Shown piece after piece: positions 57,092 to 64,000 of a DNA stretch of 64,000 nt; within the stretch, counting starts at the first letter, position 1, and every line of letters starts with the position of its first letter. The notes under the pieces are model-generated. The model did no database searches and was not told where the DNA came from. It saw nothing but the letters and a program-made list of their open reading frames with translations. Where the stretch lies: positions 3,136,001 to 3,200,000 of the forward strand of contig CAVUSO010000001.1 in the NCBI GenBank assembly GCA_963744145.1. The letters run 5' to 3'. The translations under genes and the position numbers were made by a program. Source of the DNA: an uncultured cyanobacterium (GTDB lineage Bacteria > Cyanobacteriota > Cyanobacteriia > Cyanobacteriales > CAWUOF01).

Positions 57092-57184
57092 GATCGCAGT
57101 AAAAATTAGTTGATGATTCTCATAGCACATTTGATAGGTATAAATTGTAATTAATGGGATCACTTATCAATCAACAAGGTTGAG
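57092..57184. repeat. 93-bp direct repeat copy 2
   Basis: Matches 53414-53506. Confidence 0.92.
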
Positions 57185-57210
57185 AATCTGAAAATTTTTT
57201 CCAAAACCAC

Positions 57211-57240
57211 TAGACAAATAATTTTTGATATTGTTATAAT
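57211..57240 (+). promoter_or_regulatory. Sigma70-type promoter of tRNA-His
   Basis: TAGACA-N18-TATAAT with extended TG. Confidence 0.7.
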
Positions 57241-57252
57241 GGATAACGCGAT

Positions 57253-57326
57253 GGCGAGCGTAGCCAAGTGGTTAAGGCAGTGGATTGTGGTTCCACCACT
57301 CGCGGGTTCGAGTCCCGTCGTTCGCC
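57253..57326 (+). tRNA. trnH: tRNA-His(GTG)
   Basis: G-1, acceptor GCGAGCG/CGTTCGC, anticodon loop TTGTGGT, GGTTCGAGTCC, C discriminator, CCA not encoded. Confidence 0.96.
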
Positions 57327-57350
57327 CTTATTAATGGGGATCATCTTTTT

Positions 57351-58658
57351 TTAGTGGATCGCATCTGGTAACTCTTGTTCAATCAGTTGTAAACGTGGGT
57401 TTTGAAAACCTTTGATGGCGATCGCAACTGTTCCCATCCCCATTAAGATCAAAAGAAAGGCAATTCCTCGTCCTGGACCGACTCCGACTAGATGTCCAAT
57501 CGTACCAGCTAACCAACCATTTTGGGCTAATAGGGGTTCAAAAATTAAATCGGCTAATGGACCAGCAAGAAAATAAGCGATCGGTACAGGTATCCAAGTT
57601 ACCATCCAACGGACCGAAAAGACTCTTCCCTGGACATCAGCAGGAATTTTACTTTGCCAAATGGCATTATTGGAGCCAATAATAAAGGGAGCACTAAATA
57701 ATCCGACAAAGCAAAAAAAGGCAATCCAACCCACGGAACGACTTAAACCCACAGCAATAATTGATAATCCTAATAATAATTCAAACCCCAGAATCCCATA
57801 GACTCGTTTTTTTGGCCCGCCCCAGGTACTCATAATGATTAGTCCGCTCATCATGGCAATTCCTGCTGCTGTAAAAACTATACTAAGTTCTTTAGTAGTA
57901 GCAAAACTTAAGATCATGGGCACCATTAATACTTGAGAAATGCTAACCATAAAATTAGTTAAGGCTAATAAAATTACTAATGCTAATAAACCAGGGTATT
58001 TGGCAATATAAGTCCAACCATAAACTGCATCTTTTAAGATCGAACTCTGCTCATGTTGACCTGAAGAAGTTTTTTCATGTTTGCTAAATCTCGCTAGTAA
58101 TAAAGTCACCACAGAAAACATAAAGCTGGCTAAATCCAGCACTAAAATTCCTTTAATTTTAATTTGTGCAACTAAGAGACTGGCTAAAATTGGTGCTATT
58201 AATTTTTCTGCTGCGTAGGGAACTTGAATCATTCCACTCACTCGACCAAAATGTTTTTTTGGCACCATTTGGGTGATCGCGGCACAATATGCGGGCCATT
58301 GGAACCCTTTAAAAATAGAAGTGGTAGCAGCAGCAATATAGATGGGCCATATTTCATGGCGATCGCCTAAAATTAGGGCAATAATTAGCAAAGAGCCAAA
58401 AGCTGCGCCAATTTCACTGACAATCATAATAGTACGACGGTTAGCACGATCAGCCAATGCTCCTGCAAAGGGCGATATTAATATTCCTGGTAATTCACTG
58501 AATACATAAATCAGGGTAAATTCGGTAACAACTCCAGTAGTTTGATAGATCCAGATCCCCATCGCAAAACCAGTTAGACCAGAGCCAAGTAAGGAAACTA
58601 CTTGACCCAACCAAACCAAAGCAAACATTTCCATCCCTTTGGCTATGGGGCGTTGCAT
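57351..58658 (-). CDS. MFS transporter (macrolide-efflux-like)
   Basis: W.GQ.VS..GS, GALADRANRR, QGRVFS, 12 TM. Confidence 0.9.
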   Translation of the reverse strand: MQRPIAKGMEMFALVWLGQVVSLLGSGLTGFAMGIWIYQTTGVVTEFTLIYVFSELPGILISPFAGALADRANRRTIMIVSEIGAAFGSLLIIALILGDRHEIWPIYIAAATTSIFKGFQWPAYCAAITQMVPKKHFGRVSGMIQVPYAAEKLIAPILASLLVAQIKIKGILVLDLASFMFSVVTLLLARFSKHEKTSSGQHEQSSILKDAVYGWTYIAKYPGLLALVILLALTNFMVSISQVLMVPMILSFATTKELSIVFTAAGIAMMSGLIIMSTWGGPKKRVYGILGFELLLGLSIIAVGLSRSVGWIAFFCFVGLFSAPFIIGSNNAIWQSKIPADVQGRVFSVRWMVTWIPVPIAYFLAGPLADLIFEPLLAQNGWLAGTIGHLVGVGPGRGIAFLLILMGMGTVAIAIKGFQNPRLQLIEQELPDAIH

Positions 58659-58676
58659 ATTTTCCTTTTTCCTAAA

Positions 58677-59588
58677 CTATGAAACTTTCCCAATTTTACT
58701 GAGTGCTTGAACATGAACTTCGATCTGATCTGCTGAATCTGTAATTAAATCTTCATCAAAAACGATCGCACCTGGTTCAAATAGTAATACTACGGTAGAC
58801 CCTCCAAATTTAAAATAACCTTTTTCTTGTCCTTTTTTCACCTGACCAGGAGTAAATGTTTGGATAATGCTACCAACGCAAATAGCACCTACTTCTATAT
58901 AAGCAATTTTTCCGAAATTTTGAGAATCAAACTCAGTCACACTACGTTTATTGCGACAAAATACATCCGGGATCTTAGTTAAAGCGATCGGATTGACTGA
59001 ATGATATTCTCCTTTAATATTTTGAGTGGGTTGAGCTAACCCATCATCAGGAAAATGAAACCGATGATAATCATAAGGAGCAAGACGAACTATCAATGCT
59101 GATCCATGATGATAGGGTTTGGCTAATTCGGTTGATGCTAATAATGATTCAATGGTAATTGTAGCTGTTTTTACTGGTAAATGGGTGGCGGTGGTTAATC
59201 TTGGATAAACTAATACTTTCCCTTCTGCTGGAGCGCAAAATATAGATGAGTCTTGGGGAATTGGTCTAGCTTCGGGTTTGAGTTGGCGATAGAAAAAAGC
59301 ATTATAATGGGGATAGTCAGCGATCGCTAATTCTGCTTCTTCCATCTTAATTTGATATTTAGCCACAAAATCGGGGATTTTTTTGCGACTACTGGGTAGT
59401 TCTTGTAATTTTCCATATAACCAGCAAAACACTTGGTGATTGAGGAAATACTGAAAAACTTGAAACCCGAGAGAATCTTCATACAACCAGCGTAAAGTAT
59501 TTTCAGCAAAAATATTTTCAGTAATCAGTTTACGAGTTTGGCGATCGCGATAAATAACTGCTGTCTGGGGATTAGCAATAAGAGTCAT
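58677..59588 (-). CDS. psd: Phosphatidylserine decarboxylase
   Basis: FFYRQLKPEARP, RLAPYDYHRFHFP, HSVNP, FKFGGSTVV (GST cleavage motif). Confidence 0.93.
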   Translation of the reverse strand: MTLIANPQTAVIYRDRQTRKLITENIFAENTLRWLYEDSLGFQVFQYFLNHQVFCWLYGKLQELPSSRKKIPDFVAKYQIKMEEAELAIADYPHYNAFFYRQLKPEARPIPQDSSIFCAPAEGKVLVYPRLTTATHLPVKTATITIESLLASTELAKPYHHGSALIVRLAPYDYHRFHFPDDGLAQPTQNIKGEYHSVNPIALTKIPDVFCRNKRSVTEFDSQNFGKIAYIEVGAICVGSIIQTFTPGQVKKGQEKGYFKFGGSTVVLLFEPGAIVFDEDLITDSADQIEVHVQALSKIGKVS

Positions 59589-59617
59589 TCAATCCTCTCT
59601 CCTCCAACTGATTTAGA

Positions 59618-60256
59618 CTAAAAAATCTCTACTCTACCAAGTATAGCCCAAATATAAATACCTGTCAGCCCTAATGCTCCCAATCCAAATAACCCGTACC
59701 AGATCCCCCGGATTTTCACCATTTGAAAATTAGCTACCATCGCTATAGCTAAGATGAAATATATCCCAGCTAAAACCCATTTCATTATTTCCACTGGTAA
59801 CACAAAACTTGCTGTAAATGTCAAGGGGATGAATAAAGCTGCATAAGTTACAGGTAATCCCGTAAAATACTCATTATTGCCAGTTGTAGTTAAACCTGTA
59901 CTATTAAAATAAGCTAACCGCAATACATTCGCACTAATATAGATCATCAATAAAGCGATCGAGAATAGATCTTGTAATCCATAACAATAAGCAACGATCG
60001 CTGGACTGAAACCAAAAGAGCATATATCGGCTAAACTGTCAAGATGTTTCCCGACCTCAGCTTGCAATTCAGTCCGTTGCATTTTGCGAGCAATAAATCC
60101 ATCAAATAAATCAATTATACCTGCATAAATCAGACAAATCATTGCCGCATAAAAATTTTGTTCGATCGCAAATATTACACTCAAAAAACTTAATATTAAT
60201 CCAGTTAAAGTCAGAGCATTCGGGAAATCAAGTTGACGAATAATAGGACTGAGCAT
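59618..60256 (-). CDS. pssA: CDP-diacylglycerol--serine O-phosphatidyltransferase (class II)
   Basis: PNALT, DLFDGFIAR...GKHLDSLAD..SFG..PA, RLAYFN, FTGLP. Confidence 0.85.
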   Translation of the reverse strand: MLSPIIRQLDFPNALTLTGLILSFLSVIFAIEQNFYAAMICLIYAGIIDLFDGFIARKMQRTELQAEVGKHLDSLADICSFGFSPAIVAYCYGLQDLFSIALLMIYISANVLRLAYFNSTGLTTTGNNEYFTGLPVTYAALFIPLTFTASFVLPVEIMKWVLAGIYFILAIAMVANFQMVKIRGIWYGLFGLGALGLTGIYIWAILGRVEIF

Positions 60257-60263
60257 AGTTATT

Positions 60264-61136
60264 TTAGGGGATAGCTAAATTAGTGCTATGTTGAGTGATT
60301 ACGATGGGATTTTTCGATAAAATTTGCAGAATTATATCAAACATCTCTTGTTGAATATAAGCATCTTGGTAAATAGCATTTTTACCCGCGTGGGTGATAA
60401 TTTGGGGTTGATTAGGATATTTTAAAATCGGTGATCCATCAGCATTGTATCTATAGGATTGCTCTTTTTGATTAGAATAGCTAGCAGGATAAACTGCTGT
60501 TATTTCTCCACTATCTTGGGGGTTCATTGGAGCTCCAATATAATACCCAGTTCCAGGTATGGGTAATGCTGGAATTCCTCCCGGAAGAGATGAATATTTT
60601 GTCCAACGATTATAAAAATAGCCGATATTTTCCGCAACTGCTTCAGTAGTTCTGCGGTATTTTTGGTTAACTCCATCTAATACTGCTAAAAAAGTAATTT
60701 GACGTGAACCGATTTGGTGAGCTAGTTTGAGCAGAGCATTTCCTCCAAAACTATGTCCGATTAAAATTATTGGTCTACTGGGTGCGATCGCGGGGATCAC
60801 TTCCTCTACCATTTGACGAATAAATTTCCGATCGTCTAAATCTGAATATGCTGATCTCCGTCTGATATAAATATTATTCCAGTCTAAATCATAAACCGCT
60901 ATCTTTTTTTCCCTTAACTTTTTTTTAAGTTCAGGGGTCATACAAGGAGCACAACCACCGAATCCATTGACTAAAAAAACTATTGGTCCATCACTGGTTT
61001 TGATTTCTTCCCAGTTAATACTGGTCCCACTTGGATCAATTTTACCACAATTGCCACCCAATATGCTAAATCCACTAGATATTACGGCGATCGCGAAGTT
61101 TTTTGTCCAAGCTGTAACTAAATTTCCTAGTTTCAT
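60264..61136 (-). CDS. Alpha/beta hydrolase (lipase/esterase-like)
   Basis: LVNGFGG, IGHSFGG, VLDGV, late TH. Confidence 0.8.
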   Translation of the reverse strand: MKLGNLVTAWTKNFAIAVISSGFSILGGNCGKIDPSGTSINWEEIKTSDGPIVFLVNGFGGCAPCMTPELKKKLREKKIAVYDLDWNNIYIRRRSAYSDLDDRKFIRQMVEEVIPAIAPSRPIILIGHSFGGNALLKLAHQIGSRQITFLAVLDGVNQKYRRTTEAVAENIGYFYNRWTKYSSLPGGIPALPIPGTGYYIGAPMNPQDSGEITAVYPASYSNQKEQSYRYNADGSPILKYPNQPQIITHAGKNAIYQDAYIQQEMFDIILQILSKNPIVITQHSTNLAIP

Positions 61137-61147
61137 GGTGCTAACAT

Positions 61148-62014
61148 TTAACTAATATTAATTAAATTATGGATGAAAAGTAAGTAGATAATCGGGGAAG
61201 TAAAGAGAAAATTATCAAATCGATCTAATATACCCCCATGACCAGGTAATAAATTACTAAAGTCCTTAATTCCTAACTTTCTTTTTAATGAAGACAGTAA
61301 CAAATCTCCAGCATTACCAAAAAACAAAATCGCGCTAAATAGCAGAAAGTCTTGATAGATATTATTTGCACTTAAAACTGGAAGATATGTATGTAAAATC
61401 ATGATCCCTAAAATAATCCCTACTCCTCCAAATAAATAACCTTCCAGGGTTTTCGACGGACTAATTTTTTTAAATAAATGGATTTTCCCAAAAGCTTTCC
61501 CAAATAAATAGCCAAAAGCATCATTCAGTTGTAAAAGTAATAGTAGCATTACGATTGTTTCTGGTTGGATTTCCATTAATTCCACCAAAAAATTTGCGGA
61601 AGGAATCAGAAAAAATAAGGAAAATGCTAATAAATATCCGGGTTGCCTGATTAATTTAGAATTACCGAGGAAAGTGACTAAACAAATACAAGTAAATAGG
61701 GGAATTGTAAAGATGATCAATTGACTATTCAAAAGTAAATAGACAAAAAACATGATTTGCGAAATTCCAAATAAACTTAATAAAGTTTGATTAATCGCAT
61801 AATTCTTAGCTACTTCATATAACGCGAATAAAAAAATAAAAGACGCTAAGATTGTAAAGGACATAGTACCATTGACGATCGCGAAACAAATAATATGTAA
61901 TAACATTACTAATGTTATTGATCTAATTATAGTTTCTTTCTTTTTCTGGAAAATAGAAATTCCTAAGACTGTCAAAATTAGAGCTAGGGATAAACAATAA
62001 AAAAGAGTTAACAT
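61148..62014 (-). CDS. cdsA: Phosphatidate cytidylyltransferase
   Basis: ISPSKTLEG, GDL..S.LKR..GIKDFS..LPGHGGILDRFD. Confidence 0.92.
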   Translation of the reverse strand: MLTLFYCLSLALILTVLGISIFQKKKETIIRSITLVMLLHIICFAIVNGTMSFTILASFIFLFALYEVAKNYAINQTLLSLFGISQIMFFVYLLLNSQLIIFTIPLFTCICLVTFLGNSKLIRQPGYLLAFSLFFLIPSANFLVELMEIQPETIVMLLLLLQLNDAFGYLFGKAFGKIHLFKKISPSKTLEGYLFGGVGIILGIMILHTYLPVLSANNIYQDFLLFSAILFFGNAGDLLLSSLKRKLGIKDFSNLLPGHGGILDRFDNFLFTSPIIYLLFIHNLINIS

Positions 62015-62112
62015 TGTTAATGATTTGTTAATAATTTTGGACTGATGACGATCTGTCTGTTTTGGTAACAGCTTGAAGGAAATTTAATTGTCAAGGAAAA
62101 ATAACGACCTAT

Positions 62113-62877
62113 CTAGATTTTTTTCGTCAATAGGATAGTACCCCTAAACTCATCTTCTAAGGGGAAAATTCCTGGAGTCTGAGAAATAGTATCAATTTGT
62201 GCTTGGGTAAGAACTGAGAAATATTGAGTTAACCATCCTGATTTAAGTCCCCAATTATATAATTCTGAGAAATCAGCAAATCGCACTTTTTCCTGAAGAG
62301 TTACATGATCAAGAATTTCCAAACCTACCATTTTTAAAAGATTTTTTAAAGCTGTGGGAGTTGCTGGAACTTGAGCCATTTTCTTAATATCTTCGATCGA
62401 CATAAAATTTTGGGCTAAAGATTGCATGACTTGAAAGCTTTCATAGGTAGATGTAGCAATAGAACATAATCCACCTGGGTGCAAAATTTTAGCAGCATCA
62501 GTAAGAATTTTTTCTGGCTCGACATAACTCAAGATAAAATGAATCAATACTAAATCAATCCGATTTGGTTCGATGTAATTAAGGACATTATTCACATCAT
62601 CATGAAAGGTAGTAATTGCCATTTTCTTTTTGGCAATTTCAATCATATTTTTGGAGATATCAATCCCATATAAATCCGCATCAGGATATAATTCTTTTAT
62701 TTCTAAAAGTATTTCTCCCGTACCTAGAGCCATGTCTAAAATGCTATGAATCGATCCAGTCACAGATTGATTTTTTAATTGGCTCACAACTAGATGACGA
62801 GATTTACTTAATAACTCAAATTGGTCATAATCGTAAGACTCGGCAATTAATTCATCATACATATTCGCAATATTCAC
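62113..62877 (-). CDS. Class I SAM-dependent methyltransferase
   Basis: ILDMALGTG, GIDIS..M, L.PGG. Confidence 0.9.
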   Translation of the reverse strand: MNIANMYDELIAESYDYDQFELLSKSRHLVVSQLKNQSVTGSIHSILDMALGTGEILLEIKELYPDADLYGIDISKNMIEIAKKKMAITTFHDDVNNVLNYIEPNRIDLVLIHFILSYVEPEKILTDAAKILHPGGLCSIATSTYESFQVMQSLAQNFMSIEDIKKMAQVPATPTALKNLLKMVGLEILDHVTLQEKVRFADFSELYNWGLKSGWLTQYFSVLTQAQIDTISQTPGIFPLEDEFRGTILLTKKI

Positions 62878-62928
62878 AATTTCATCTCCTGATTGACTAA
62901 AAAAACTATTTACCGTTAACCTCTTTGC

Positions 62929-63999
62929 TCAATTTCCTAAATTTTCCACTGCTTCTCTTAGACATTGAGTGAGTTGATTTTCAGCAGCCCAACCTTCTAC
63001 TCCCGAAGGAGGTAAAATTGGTACACCAAAGACAATCCGCAACTTTTGACGTTGAAATTTAATCTGACTAAATAGGTTGGGGATACGTCGATGAGCAGGA
63101 AAAATTGAGTAAGCACCAATAATTCGGACTGGAATTAAGGGAGCACCTGTCGCTAAAGCTAGTTTAGCTGGACCACGACGAAACGGTAAAAGTTCTCCTG
63201 TCCGAGTACGTGTTCCTTCTGGATGAATTAAGAGAGGACGACCAGCACATAAAGCTTTATGTCCAGCACGAATCGCTGGTAAAACATCCCCCTGACGATC
63301 GATGGGAATACCACCAGCAATACTAGCAAATAAACGGGTAGAAAGGTGATCGAAATGTTCCCGTTTAGCAAAACTGCATAAATTACGTCGGACAGAAGGA
63401 TGTAAACAAGCAGCAATCCAAAAAACATCTAGATGAGATTCATGGTTAGGACAAAGAATAAATGGTCCTGTTGCTGGTAAATGTTCTAATCCACTTACTT
63501 CTAATCCCCATACCATCTGAGAAATTAGACGAAAATAAGATAAAGTTAAACGAGTCAAAAAACCCCGTGGTGGGGGGACTTTTTCCATCCGATCACCACC
63601 TAAAAGATCCTCTGCTAAGGATGATTTTACGATCGGAGTATTTTTACTTGTTAATGCTTGACGGACTGCTGCGACCAAATCACCAACACTGTGAAAAATT
63701 GGGAGATTTTGTTCATCTATTTTAATCCCAAATGCCCTTTCTAACTTAGCAGCTAATTCCACTACTCCCAGGGAATCAAGTCCGAGATTAGATTGCAAAG
63801 TTGAATTGAGATTAATCTGAGAACATCCTCCGATCTCCTGCATTGCTTCATTCAAGATTGTGATTACACCGATCGCAATTTCATCTTGATTTTTATCCGT
63901 CGTCGCGATCGCTGGTAAAACAGATGTTTCTCCCCTCTCGATCGCCCGCGCTAGACCACTAGTAAAAACCACATCTAAACTTTGTTGCAAAAATCCAGT
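62929..63999 (-). CDS. ACP-PlsC (acyltransferase) fusion, 5' part beyond window edge
   Basis: LGLDSL phosphopantetheine motif, NHESHLD, AKRE, HPEGTR. Frame stays open to the window end. Confidence 0.88.
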   Translation of the reverse strand, partial: TGFLQQSLDVVFTSGLARAIERGETSVLPAIATTDKNQDEIAIGVITILNEAMQEIGGCSQINLNSTLQSNLGLDSLGVVELAAKLERAFGIKIDEQNLPIFHSVGDLVAAVRQALTSKNTPIVKSSLAEDLLGGDRMEKVPPPRGFLTRLTLSYFRLISQMVWGLEVSGLEHLPATGPFILCPNHESHLDVFWIAACLHPSVRRNLCSFAKREHFDHLSTRLFASIAGGIPIDRQGDVLPAIRAGHKALCAGRPLLIHPEGTRTRTGELLPFRRGPAKLALATGAPLIPVRIIGAYSIFPAHRRIPNLFSQIKFQRQKLRIVFGVPILPPSGVEGWAAENQLTQCLREAVENLGN

Positions 64000-64000
64000 T

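Overview
Cyanobacterial chromosomal DNA (abundant HIP1 GCGATCGC, AT-rich backbone) with four parts. (1) 0.1-5.7 kb: an unusual operon encoding a small beta-grasp/ubiquitin-like protein ending in Gly, two structured non-coding RNA candidates (one tRNA-like), a Ro60/TROVE-like vWA protein, KptA/Tpt1, an AAA ATPase, a protein with an E2-like GICL motif and a ThiF/E1 enzyme. This is the best candidate for an undescribed system, linking RNA repair to ubiquitin-like conjugation. Hpt and CHASE2-adenylate cyclase signalling genes follow. (2) ~9.6-50 kb: a mosaic, partly GC-richer fermentation/energy island. It holds a duplicated xfp-(fba)-phosphatase-(glgX)-ackA block, pyk, a ferrochelatase-like gene with a Zn/Mn ABC transporter, glgP, pgm, a P3A H+-ATPase and a circularly permuted N-ATPase operon. 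Four of its transcription units share a ~110-bp upstream module with an HLR1 (RpaB)-like repeat. (3) ~50.9-57.3 kb: a defence hotspot next to tRNA-His, with an AbiJ-like gene, a DRT5-like reverse transcriptase, decayed ParDE, an Im3-like orphan immunity gene and tyrosine-recombinase remnants. (4) 57.3-64 kb: an ACP-PlsC/methyltransferase/CdsA/hydrolase/PssA/Psd/MFS operon, i.e. a PS/PE-type lipid pathway unexpected in cyanobacteria. Several single-base frameshifts may be sequencing errors. All calls come from motif reading by eye; no database searches were run.
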